A stretch of 64,000 bases of DNA from Macrostomum lignano. Its lineage: Eukaryota. The first letter of the stretch is position 1; every line of letters begins with the position of its first letter. The stretch spans positions 639,950 through 703,949 of the forward strand of contig NIVC01000102.1 in the NCBI GenBank assembly GCA_002269645.1, in the 5' to 3' direction. Below the pieces are notes generated by a model. That model had not been told where the DNA came from. It worked only from the letters and a program-made list of their open reading frames with translations, and ran no database searches. The position numbers and the translations under genes are program-made. Positions 44,691 to 57,212 of the stretch are shown in pieces.

Positions 44691-47533
44691 GTACATGCAA
44701 AATCGTACATATGCATATCTACGAGCTTGTATTAGTATTTTTCTTCGAGGGGCTGCGTCGTCGTCAAATCCAATCGGATTTGAAATCTAGTCTCTAGTTT
44801 ATGTCTAGTCTAGACTAGCTCTAATCTAGTCCAGCATTGACCATAAGACAGGATTTGACTTAAAATTCCCACAGGAAAAACCCCGTGGCAAAACCTCGGC
44901 GAGAAACTCTCGCGGGAAAATCTCGTGCTCCCGTATGTACTATTTACTGGCCTGAGCGGTTATATGTCACTGAATTCTATTCCTGTTTATTTCTACACGT
45001 AGCTATTTTACTCCTATAGAGGGATTTCTCTCAGTCCGTGCGTTCCTGCGATCAGAGGGTCAGGCGATCTACTTCAGACTACTAAGTCTCGTTTCTAAAC
45101 GGTTCTTACATGTACATATGTAAATCTCCCATTTGTTGGGTCTCTAAGGGAATGACAAAGTCTTTTAAAACTGCAAATATCGAATTTGGTTAACTTTCCA
45201 AAGTTGGAAAAATATTACTGTTGAATTGAAAGGCTTTCTCGTTTTCTCGGTTTCTGCTCACTTACGAGCTAAGAGTATTTTTTGTTAAGACAAACGTTTA
45301 CAAAAAACTTTGGCGGCGAATTTGAATGCAGTTTTTTTTAAGAAAGTACGTAAACATACTATTTTAAAGAAAGAATATACGATTTAAACACTAGTAAAAA
45401 TACCACTACCCAAATATATTATAGTTGAATAAAAACGAGCATTTGCAATTCATTTAGTGCAAATTTTCATGGCCACTTCAAGGTCCTAAGAATAAAAAAT
45501 TCGCTTCCCTTGACGTCTATGTACCTGGTACTTTTACCACAGAACATTTACTACACATACATGACTTTTGTACTTTGCATGTACACGTAATAATGAACAA
45601 TATTAATGAAATTCATTTGAGTTTTGAAAGCGCACCAGAATTGTTCATTTACTTTGTAACCCGGCGGGAAATTCGAGGGCTGGCTGTGAGCTTTAAAGCA
45701 CAGAAAAAAGCTCACACAATGCAACAATCTCTACAGATCTCGGAGATTTAGGCGTAAAATGTTGTCCAGCCTACAGAAAATAGGCTACTAAGCAGATGTA
45801 CGTCCCGTTTATATAGTGAGTAGCGTATGCACAAGTAGTTTTGCAACTGAATGTCCACGCAATTGCACGCGATAGAATAGTGGTGCAGTTGTGCTTGCGA
45901 TTAAAAGACAAAGCATCCTCCCACGAAGAAAAAGACTAGAATAGATACACAGCACTTCTAATCGATTGGAATACAGCAGTCAGATGCTAAAGGAAGGCAG
46001 GAAACACTGCGTTTTAATTAAGCAGTAAATGCAGCGCGAACGTGCAGCTGCAAAATGTACGGATAAAGGCTTTGGCAGCCAGTCGCCAGTCGAGTACTCG
46101 CCAGCTCACTCAATCTCGTATTCGCGGCAACCGAGGGGGCCGGACACCACTCATCGCGTATGAAGCGCGTCAACGCGGTGAAAATTGCCGCGCGGGACGT
46201 GCATGGCGGTGCTTTAATCGGCGTTGACTCCATTGTAACTGTTGTTGTGGCTAAAAGTTGGGAAGAATTAGGAAAAATGGATTTTGTGTTTCTACTCGTC
46301 GGCGAGGGTGTCTGCGGACTGCGGCGCCTGCATATACCCCTCCTCGTCTTCTTCTATATCAACAAACACTATCGGTTTTAACTTGTAGGGCTTCCTCATT
46401 TCTGGCTCCACCTAATAACTATGGCTCTGAGTCTTTCCTTCTGCTCTTAGTTTGCTTACAGCCTATATAGGATTATAGAAAATAGCAGAGAAAAAGTAGT
46501 ATTTGCTAGAACCACTAGCTACAAGAAAAAGCAACCACTAAAGAAGCCGGCGGCACCTTGCCGGCCTCCTGCGCCCAAGAAACCGAAGCCTGCAGCCACA
46601 CAAAGCGACCGGCTGGTCCCGGCTGAAGGTCCGTCCCCGGCCAAGGCACTGGTGAGTTCTACGGGGTCAACTATCTCAACGTCAACTGGCGGAACTTGGG
46701 TGGCTTCTAAAGACCTGGCCTATCAACGTCACCTGGCGGCCGCCGCGTAGCAGTCCACATCGAGCGACTCTGAAGCCAACCGAATCCAAATCCTAATCCA
46801 AATCCGAATTCGAAATCCAAATTCGATATTCAATTTTTTTAAAAACGGTTGTGGATACAAAATATATTGGCCACCTAGGTTCCGCCAGGAACATTTCTAT
46901 ATTGTGGGTAAAATCTATTGAGCCTTTGCTTTTCTTCTTTCAGCGCTTGGTGCTACTCATTTTTGGTGCCGCACTGAAAATCTGTCCTGGAGAAAAGCTT
47001 TGCATAAACGAGACTGAGACAGCGTTAGCTCGAAAGTAATATTCGTGCAAGGTCTTTAAAGCGAGGCCTACAATGTGCAAATTCAAATTTGCGGATTCAA
47101 CTATTCAGCTTTATTCCAACGGAAGGCTGACAATTTTTTTGCCGCAATATGAATGCGGACGTGGCATCGATTTTACAGTTTGTTAACGAAATTACTATTT
47201 ACCAGTACAAACTGGATTTCGATTTTGTCCACGTTCAAACTTCTACATTGGTTGGTCAAGTTCAGTTTCCTGGGAGAAACAGCTTCCACTATTTAAAAAG
47301 CTGTGTCGGAAACTATGGAGACTTAGGGCAACCTACGATGCAGAAGTTTTTTCTGCAGACAATCAGTTAAGATAGTCAAAAACTCCCAGACTCTTTTGCA
47401 ACGTCTTTCATACTGCGAAGATTTTCGCAATGGGAGACAAAAAACGATACCAAAGTAAATCTCTTAACTCGATCTGTTAATGCACTGCTTGCCATGCTAC
47501 TAAAAGCAGCACAATCGGCAAAAAATTCCAGCC

Positions 47534-47909
47534 ATGGCCCGGACCTACATTCTCGAGGGAAATGTAGCGGTAGGCAAAACAATGCTTCTAAGAAATCTGG
47601 CCCTGAACTCGCGACTGAAGAAATGGGAACCGCAGTTTCTCTGGGGCCAAAGAGCCGGTTCATGCGTTCACCTCACACCCGAAGCTGCCGGCAGAGACGA
47701 ACTCGCTGGAGGAATTCTATCAAGGATCTCTTTCAGCAATCGGCTTTCAAATCCGTGCGAGCCATTGTCTGCTTCACTGGGACAAGAACATGAGAGAATT
47801 GCTACTCTCACCGGAGCCGGATCAACCGGAGTACGAAATTCTGGTGATGGAAAGGTCCATGGCGTCTGCTCACGCATTCAACTCGCTTCTGGCAGAGGCC
47901 CTCTATTGA
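47534..47909 (+). pseudogene. Deoxynucleoside kinase (dCK/dGK/TK2-like) N-terminal two-thirds, +1 frameshift at about 47643, truncated
   Basis: YILEGNVAVGKTML (dNK P-loop EGNIAxGK); after removing one G from CTGGGGCC: KEPVHAF..NSLEEFY..AIGFQ..LVMERSMASAHAF..L, the EPV / FY / FQ / ERS motif series of dNKs. Confidence 0.82.
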
Positions 47910-48769
47910 ACATGCCCCCTACGTTTGGGGTTCGTGAGTATTTCCACCTATTACTATTGGAATAACGTCCCCCTGCTGACAAGCATTCTTCAACACGATT
48001 AATTCTATTTATTAAAAATCGTTGTTGTTGATGCGGTTGTGGAAGGAGTTTTACTTGCTTGCCAGCCGACGGTTTGGTTTTGTCTCTATGCTGGCAATAA
48101 TTTGTGGCCATGCCCATCCTGGTGTCTGGTGTAAACTGACGGCTGGGGTTTTTTCGACCATTGGCAAGTAGCTCTTTGAAGTTGCATTGTGTGGATTTTT
48201 ATTTCCACAGCTGGGTGTCTAGGCCGACTATAGGTCATAGAACCATTCAGGTCCGCCTGGCCCAGTGCCTTAAATGCAACCAGACTAGTAAAGGAGCGCT
48301 AGATTCTGACCCAATATAACGAGGTCTGCGCTTGCATTCATTGGTTGAATTACGGTGTGCATAGGATAACAACAAACCCAATGCCAACGCAAGTGGAGTA
48401 TTGCATTTTCCACAGGAAAGTGAGGACGCTCGCGGCTACTTGGAGATGCACCACCACCACCATCTATTTTGTTGGTTGTGCATGTTGGCACTCGTTTTGT
48501 AGGTGCTGACGACAGCCGTTTGCATACATAGGATCTACAAACTCGCGCGGATTGATGAATAAAATAACGAGGGGCTAAAAGTCGACTAAAGTTAATCGTG
48601 TCACCCTCTATTATTAAAGACACGCCCTCGCGTTTGGGGTTCGCGAGTACTACTTCTACTACTATTTGTAGTGACGTCCCCCTGCTGACAAAAAAGTTTA
48701 TTTGTTTATTCTATTCTCTTAATAGGAAAATATTACTACTGCCTACACCGTTGGCTAATAAAACTTATC

Positions 48770-49095
48770 TCCCTTTCCAGCCCTTAATACGGTGTGTTGT
48801 GTGCAAGAGCATGTTTCGTTCTCGCGCGGAGTTGCACATTCACACGTAGTATCAATTCTGTTCCGTTCCTGAACTACTGGATGGGCCGATTCGCGAACTA
48901 ACTGCTGCCAACAATCCTCCTGATGGGTGAAGGGTTGAATTGCGCGAGTCAGCTCACCGAGGACAGATCAACTATTTGGTGTTTATACCTGGCCAGGACG
49001 GTGGTGACGCGGAGCGCCTGTTGCCACCTGGCGGCTTGTTGGCTCAATTGCGCGACTCGATTTACCGCCTATTCACACAGCTGGGTCCTCCTTAG
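48770..49095 (+). pseudogene. Degraded ORF with C2H2-like zinc finger (two in-frame stops)
   Basis: RCVVCKSMFRSRAELHIHT*YQFCSVPELLDG..DG*RVELRESAHRGQINYLVFIPGQDG..LRDSIYRLFTQLGPP in a single frame. Confidence 0.45.
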
Positions 49096-49107
49096 TTACT
49101 ACTACGA

Positions 49108-49766
49108 ACTTTAATGCGCCTAAAAGTGAGAATGGCTAGACCGAGAACGCCTACCACTGCTGCTGCCATCAACGAGAATGAATTAATTTCTGCATACTTC
49201 AACACCCAACGCTGCCACGATACGCTTTGACAACAACAACCACGCTCCCAACAAGCAGCAACGAGCAGCAGAACGATCGAGGTGCCGAGGTTAATTCTAG
49301 TAGCCTTCGTGAACAACAAGGTTTTCAATGGAAGTGGATACAAACCCATTCAACTGTCTGAATAGGCGGAACATGCAAGTCTCAGCAGAATTGCTGTGTT
49401 TGTTAACGAGGAGTCTGTCCCTTCGCGACCATTGCAAAAAAAATTGGTGCGGGTAGTTGTGTGAGAGAATATACCAATCTGCTGCAGCAGTTGGGGTTGT
49501 ATCTGCAAGGACGAGACGTTGGCATGGCTTCACAATGGAGGACTATGGCAGTGGATACTCGATTTTCGCGTTTGCGTTGGGAAGCGAGTCTGGTGTCGGG
49601 CATTAGTGCTCAGCTCTATAAGGAAGGGAATGTAAAGTTGGAGTTGCGCTTCGCTCAGGCAACAAGCGTTGTCTGTAAGTACAATGTAATATTCTGCGGT
49701 CTATTTGACAAGGAGCTGCAGATCACGGAGCTTCGCAACGTTGTGCCGGGTACAGCATGGAAGTGA
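49108..49766 (+). mobile_element. Polinton/Maverick (adintovirus-like) major capsid protein, C-terminal half, frameshifted
   Basis: Across frames: VPRLILVAFVNNKVFNGS / NPFN / RIAVFVNEESVPSRPL / EYTNLLQQLG / GNVKLELRFA..NVIFCGLFDKELQITELRNV, matching the recalled Polinton MCP pattern P.RIIIGFV.N.AFNG..NPFNF..I.L.VNG..VP..Y..L..G.L.LELRFA..D..IEID..RNV. Confidence 0.75.
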
Positions 49767-50191
49767 ATCTGAACATGTTGCTGGGTGTCAGGGATAGATT
49801 TTTGCGGTCAATTATTACAAATCTATGTATGGGATTGTTTGGTGTTGTCTTTTTAGGTGTGTATCATCAGGACTCGATTAGAGCTCTTAGACAATTACCT
49901 TTAGATGGTAGAGACTATTTCTTTGTGGCAATTACGGACACTTCGTATCTTCCTGGTAGGCATTGGGTGGTGGTTTGGGTGAGTAGCAAGCGAGTTGGGG
50001 GTCGTAGTGGACGAAGAGTTAGGGAGTATTTTGATTCGCTTGGTTGAAATCCCCTGGAAAATATTAGACGGTGGTTGGGGCGGGAATGTGGGGGTTTTCA
50101 GAATTGGACCTACAGCCAATTTGCTATTCAGGACCATCGAACTGGTCATTGCGGTATTCGGGTGTTGTTTTATTTGTTGATTCTCTTTTAA
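49757..50191 (+). mobile_element. Polinton/adenain-like cysteine protease, one in-frame stop
   Basis: FLGVYHQD..FVAITDTSYLPGRHWVVVW..EYFDSLG*..YSQFAIQDHRTGHCG gives the His-Asp-Gln-Cys set; ATG overlaps the MCP 3' end. Confidence 0.88.
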
Positions 50192-50930
50192 CGCGTGTTC
50201 TTGGTTGTGGGCCTCGTCGAGAAAATGAGTTTCGGCGCGCGTATTTTGCCTACAATGCTTTGCAATGCAATACAATGCAATGTGTTGCCTATATTCTTGT
50301 TATGCAGAAATATATCAAGAAACATTTTTTGGCCAGCTTGGTTGATCGACAATGTGGTCTTTTCTTTCATTTTTTGTGGGTGCGGTGCAGTAGATTGTGT
50401 AGTTAGAATTCACTGTTTGGGGGATAGAGAAGACAATGTGTTATGGAGCGAGTGTAAAAAAACTGACTTTATTTGCTGTCTGTGCGCTGTTCTGAACTGC
50501 GTTTTGGTAGCTTGGGAGAAGCATGAAAATTGACTGCTAGAACTTGACTCCCACAATTTATTGAGATCTTTTCTTTTGTTCTTTGTGGGTGCAGGCAGTA
50601 TAGACTGTGTAGTGAGGATTATTGTAGAATACCCTGTCCCAGCTGGTTTGGTACCTTACTATTTAATTTTCAATAGGAAAATGTGGTATGTGCGTAGTAG
50701 AATTTCTGACGGGTACCTTACTACTTTTTTGCAATAAAAATTGGAGTATGCGCATCATTTTCTATTACTACTGATGTGGAGTGATTATTTACGGGACACC
50801 AACCTATCCTACAAGCATTTTTCGAATGTATGAAAGTGATTTTCAGCAGTTTTAGTTGCAATAAAAGTCACTGAATCAAGAGACGTGCTACAAGTTCGTC
50901 AATTGTCTAAGGTGCAACTGACCAGTGTGG

Positions 50931-52143
50931 AAGTGTTGCCACCGACCCTAGAATCTCACGATTCTTACTCCCAGAGCAGAATCTCACGATTCTTACTCCC
51001 AGAATCTCAAGATTCTTACCCCCAGAATCTCACGATTCTTACCCCTAGAATCTCACGATTCTTACCCCTAGAATCTCACGATTCTTACTCCCAGAATCTC
51101 ACGATTCTTACTCCCAGAATCTCACGATTCTTACCATCAGAATCTCACGATTCTTACTCCCAGAATCTCACGATTCTTACTCCCAGAATCTCACGATTCT
51201 TACCCCTAGAATCTCACGATTCTTACTCCCAGAATCTCACGATTCTTACTCCCAGAATCTCACGATTCTTACTCCCAGAATCTCACGATTCTTACCATCA
51301 GAATCTCACTATTCTTACTCCCAGAATCTCACGATTCTTACTCCCAGAATCTCACGATTCTTACTCCTAGAATCTCACGATTCTTACTCCCAGAATCTCA
51401 CGATTCTTACCCATAGAATCTCACGATTCTTACTCCCAGAATCTCACGATTCTTACTCCCAGAATCTCACGATTCTTACTCCTAGAATCTCACGATTCTT
51501 ACTCCCAGAATCTCACGATTCTTACTCCCAGAATCTCACGATTCTTACTCCTGGAATCTCACGATTCTTACCCCTATAATCTCACGATTCTTACTGCCAG
51601 AATCTCACGATTTTTACCCCCATAATCTCACAATTCTTACCCCCAGAATCCAACGATTCTTAACCCTAGAATCTAACGATTCTTACTCCCAGAATATCAA
51701 GATTCTTACCCCCAGAATCTCACAATTCTTACCCCCAGAATCCAACGATTCTTAACCCTAGAATCTGACGATTCTTACTCCCAGAATATCAAGATTCTTA
51801 CCCCCAGAATCTCACGATTCTTACCCCTATAATCTCACGATTCTTACTCCCAGAATATCAAGATTCTTACCCCCAGAATCTCACAATTCTTACCCCCAGA
51901 ATCCAACGATTCTTAACCCTAGAATCTGACGATTCTTACTCCCAGAATCTCAAGATTCTTACCATCAGAATCTCACGATTCTTACCATCAGAATCTCACG
52001 ATTCTTACTACTAGAATCTCACGGTTCTTACCCCCAGAATCCCACAATTCTAATGCCTAGAATAAAAAATCGCTGAAAATTGCTGAATATGACAAAAAAT
52101 TGCTCAGCGATTAAAATTCATTGGAGTGGCATTGGCAATACTG
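50931..52143. mobile_element. Non-autonomous hAT-like element carrying a 23-bp hairpin minisatellite
   Basis: Ends AAGTGTTGCCA / TGGCAATACTG; 8-bp flanks CAGTGTGG (50923-50930) and CAGTGTGA (52144-52151); internal AGAATCTCACGATTCTTACTCCC array at about 50948-52050. Confidence 0.75.
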
Positions 52144-54589
52144 CAGTGTGACCTGTTCTTGCCAGCAAGTGCTGGACACTAGTGGCAGAAGTCACCAAGC
52201 GTGCATGCACGGAGCTTAGACCTATGAAGATACGGGTTGCAGTGTACGAGTAGAAGAATTGTACAGAGATCATTTAGCTGTCTTGAGACATACAACAAGA
52301 CCACAAAAAACTATGGAAAGCATAGGTTGCAGTATAGTAGAATTGCACCAAGGTTCAACTGTCATAAGATTTTCTCAAAGGTGGGAAAACATTAGCAAGC
52401 ACACATAATTTATATAATACAAATGTATACTTCTAATTATATCCATTGTCTTTGGTATATTGAAACTTCCTCAATGTATAGTATTCTAGCACACCTAAGA
52501 TGCAAAATTTCATGCATTAGAACTGAAAAAGCCCAGTCTATATAGCAGCTAGACCATATAGTACCAGTAGTCATATCAATTCAAATTCTTAATGTAGAAA
52601 AAGAAATTAGGAATAACTAAATTTTTGGCAACAATTTATTTTTTTTAAACTCACATAATTTATGTTTTGTTAAAACTTTAACAAAGCTAAAATCCTTCAT
52701 TTCCATTGTATTCAATTTGATATAGCTTTGGTTAATTTCTAGGGAAATTTGTATACCTAATAATAGTAAAATTATTTTTATTAGAAAGCATAATACTATC
52801 ATTGGCACTATGTTCAAAATTATATCTTGACATAAAAGATATAAGCTTGAGTACATGTATTAGCTAATTATGATAAGCATGTTTAGTTGATATATGTAAA
52901 TAGATATAATGTATACTGATTTCTTTTAAATATATTTTAATACTTTTTATATCAAATATAATAAATAAAGAAGTAAAACATGGCTATTCCTATGGACATA
53001 ATCGAGATAGTATTGGTTTTGTCTTTCAATTTCAGAGCATGCCCTATTCACTTTCAGCCTCCTGAGAATTTGCCAGCAGCTAAACTAAACTAATATACAT
53101 CAGAAATGTTCGAGACATCACTATTGGTGACATTTGACATTTATTTCTTAGTAAATAAGAGTTAGTAGTAGGCTTAGCAGCCACATATAATGCAAGCATG
53201 TCACTGATTAAATAGTAAAACAGTAAATATATCCTTACCTAGCTGATAGTGTTAATCAGATCGCACCAGGGCGCAAATTCGTCGAGGAATGGAAAGTAGA
53301 CTTCTAGACTTTATATCAAAATCAAAACGCAGAAGTAGGCCTAGTAAGTAATAGTAGTAGTATAGTAGTAGTAAGGAGCTTGGCTTAGGCAAATAGCCTT
53401 TTTGGCCAATAAAACTCTATGCACGTAAGAGATTTTTCAAGATAAGTTAATCATGATTCGATTTTTGTAAAAGATATAGTATTGGGAAGCGTAAATTAGT
53501 AAACATAAATACATACTAGACCACCGCGGGTCACTTTTGCGAGATAGTTTCACGGAGAACGAAATCGAAATCGAGCTAACTGCAATTTCGTGCTGTTTTT
53601 AACTGGTTGAGTACGTTACAACAAAAAATACTTTTTTATGCAGCGAAATCCTATTATACACACGTAACTGATAATAAATTTTTACTACTTTTAAGAATTA
53701 AAAGGCTTATAGCTATTAAACTGATAAATAAATTTACAGAAAAAATGGAGGTTGTTGAGCCGTTGTTGTTGTTCTTGTGAAGTTTCTAGAAACACCTGAT
53801 AATAACAGACAAGTTATCCTAGTTAATTAAATATGTACTTTACACAACGTCTATTGTTATCTTGTATCGGTTTCGCGTCAAAGAGAAGCATCTATACAAT
53901 TAGCTGCTAGATACTTTAGAACTATACATAAGTACTAGAATAGATAAAGCCATATAGCCCTTTGCCTTTTATAGGTGCTAGCTGCTACTGCTAGATAGAG
54001 CCCAAGCCCTAGATATACTAAATTAATAATACTTATTAGTATTTCGTATTGGATGCCAGGTGGAGCATTATTGCTGTTATTTTTGTTGTCAATTGTTTTT
54101 GAATTTGATTTATAATGTTTTTGAACTTTGTGTCATGTTTTAACTTTGAATTTTTTCACATTATTCCAATAGGGATTATAGGCCTAACTATTTAAGTATT
54201 TATATCAGTAGCACAACCAAAAATTTTTGAGGAGGGATTCTAGAGGTTAAAGACCTGGGAGAGGAGGCAGGGGTGGTTCTGTTTAAGGCAAAAATTGCTT
54301 GGTCCTCCTTTTTTTGGTCTCTGCCTTAAGGCTTAGGCTAAGGGGGGAGGAGCAATTGCCAGGTGATGGTCATTTTGTCAACTGGCATTTTGTCAACTTG
54401 GTTGACAAAGTGACCAAAGTATTGGGATGACTTTATTAGTGGTTTACAAAGTGACCAATGCCTAGGTCCTTCCCATTTGCTTGTTGACAAAGTGACAGAA
54501 TTTTTCATTATATGAATGATGCATGTAATTGCATGTAATTGAAATCCATACCATAGTCAGGAAGGTGGCCTTTGCCATGGAAAATTCCG

Positions 54590-54745
54590 GCGCACACTAG
54601 GGGTCCTTGGCGCACAATCATAGTGCACACTGAGGTCCCTAGCGTATATGGCATCAGCATACAATCATGGTACACACTGAGGTCCCTAATGCATGTGGCG
54701 CATAATTGTGGCACATAAGGTCCCTGACATATGCAGTGCTGTGCA
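54590..54745. repeat. Degenerate ~40-bp tandem repeat (GCACACTGAGGTCCCT core)
   Basis: Four imperfect copies of CACACT.A/G.GGTCC. Confidence 0.55.
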
Positions 54746-55925
54746 CAACTTTAGTGCATAAGGAATCAGAATAGAATCTTTATTAGCATAAAACTGGCAT
54801 AGCATATTGAGTCTGTATACATATGCAACCTTCAAAATTCAGTTAGCTGTGCAACTTAGTTTTAACAAAAATGCGACGTAGTTTTTGGCCAAAAATGTGA
54901 CTCATCAGCTACTTAGTACTACTACTTTGGTGCTTTTTTGGGTGAGCATTTTTGCAACTTCCTTGGTTGGCTGGATTAGCCGACTTGGCCAACTGTTGCA
55001 CATGTATGTGAGTCTGCATGCATTCTAAGAATTTTGTAAATTTATTGTAAAATATATAATTTACATAAATCATATAAATTATATAAATTACATAAAATAC
55101 ATAAAATAAAGGCACAGATGATGCACAAATGATGCATAAACGGCACAAATATGGCGCATAGATTGTCCCAAAAAAATTATTCTGGCACACACTAAGCCAC
55201 CTTACTTACAATGGGTTAATACAGCTGCATATCTTGTATAGCTTACAATTTTTGTTATATCAATGACTAGTTTTATTAATTGCCTTGTTTTTTTTAAATG
55301 ATCAAATTTTGCAATTTTGTAACACCAGATTGTATGTTCATTAGGTTAAATTTTTGAATGCAAATATCTATGCAAATGCGTCACCCATGTGCACTTATAC
55401 CCACCCATATGCATCTGGGCATTAATGAATCTTGAGTATTTGTATTATGCGACCATATATGCAACTATGTAACATGGGTATTTCTCCTATCTAAATATGT
55501 CAAGGATTGCTATAAAGTCCCATATGGAGTTGTGAAAATGAAAGGACTACATGTGCCTTCCCACCCCTCCACCTTACTATGCACAGTCAATCAAAGCAAA
55601 TCTTGATATCCAATAATGCTCTTGAGTATATAAATATGCACAATTCATGCGTGCTCATTGATCAATCATGCCTTACATGTATAAGGCATTTCAATCCCAT
55701 ATGTGCGTAACCTTGGGAATCACCCAGCTGTTTCTATTGACAACATATATATGTAAGTCGCTATTGGCTGAGAGCAGTCATGTGACTAATATTCTGTCTA
55801 ATAGCAACTTACATATGCATGTTGCAAAGGATTGAAACCAAATATTTGTTCTATCTAGATAGTTGCTATACTATAAAACTATGTAAAATGAAATTATTTG
55901 GAATGGATCACCAGAACAAAAGATA

Positions 55926-57212
55926 CAAGTGGCACTAAAAAAGTTCTGAGCCTCAGTATGAAAAAAAGAGAATTGGGGCAAATGCAATCAGTTTTTTCTA
56001 CATAGTCTTCCTTGACCAAGATGCACTTGTGACATCTTGATCGCAGTGCTTTGATGCTACTCTGAAAGAACTGCTTTGAGCACCCCTTGAACCAGAAGGT
56101 CGAAGTATCCTTCAGTGCCTCATTGGTGTCAAATTGCTGCCCACAGAGTGCTGGCTTAAGATGCGGAAATAGATAAAAGTCACTTGGGGCAAGGTCTGGT
56201 GAATAGGCAGCGTGTAGCAGCTCTTGGAACCCTGCAATATTGACAGCTGCCTTTGCCAGCCCATTGGTGTGAGCAGGTGCATTGTCGTGCAGCAGCACCA
56301 CCATGGCTCAGCATTCCCCGCCAATTCTCCTTGATTGCCTCGCGCATATGGGCAATTAGATTGGCATAGTAGGCACCTGTGATTGTCTGCTTATGTGGCA
56401 AAAAGTCTAGTAGCAGTGGGCCTTTGGCATCCCAAAAGATAGTGAGCATTATCTTGCCTGCATTGCATCCAGACTGTGCCTTCAGTGGTGCTGGTGCACC
56501 AACTGGCAGCCATTGCTTCAACTCTTTCTTTAACTTAGGATCATGATGGTGGATCCATGTCTCATCACTGGTCACATAGCAAGACAGAAAGCTGGCAGGA
56601 TCTAGATTGTAAGTTTGCAGGACAAGCTTCACATACTGCAACTACGCACACTTCTGGTCGCTTGTCAAGATTTGTGGGATCTATTAGGCTGAGACCTTCG
56701 ACAAATAAAGATGCTGGTGCAGGATCTCAATGACCTATGGGTCAGAAAGCCTAGTGTCCGCCAGAAGTTCCCTGACCTTTACCTACCAGTTGCCATCAAC
56801 CAGGGCCTGGATGCACGCTGGATGTTGTCAGCAGTGATAGCAGTCCAGGGGCGTCCATATAGAGGGTCATCTTTGAGAGAGTCGGGCCACACTTGAACTT
56901 GGCTGCCCAATGCTTGACAGTGGCATATGAGGAGGCAGCCCTAGCATATATGGTAGCCATGCAACTTTGGATTTCAGCAGCTTTTGAGCCCTTTAAGGTC
57001 AGAAATTTGATCACTACCCTGTATTTCATTTTTAGTTCTTGAGAATTTGCCATAGGTAGCTGAAAATATTAAGGTGCTATAGAACTTTAGTAATGCCTAG
57101 AGAGCTGAAAATTTTGTCAAAGACTATTAACATATTGTGTTAAAGGATCAATTTTCAGTGCTTTGTGCCCATGGGATCTTGGTCAGGCTTAGAACTTTTT
57201 TAGTGCCCCTCA
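55926..57212 (-). mobile_element. Full-length (1287 bp) decayed mariner (DD34D) transposon
   Basis: TIRs GGCACTAAAAAAGTTCT.AGCCT at both ends, TA flanks at 55924-55925 and 57213-57214; HTH YRVVIKFL, VTSDETWIHH, LLHDNAPAH, YSPDLAPSDFYLF; several frameshifts. Confidence 0.93.

Noticed and set aside
54365-54500. TTGTCAAC / GTTGACAAAGTGAC short inverted repeats as a transposon end
   Set aside because: No partner terminus or TSD could be identified.
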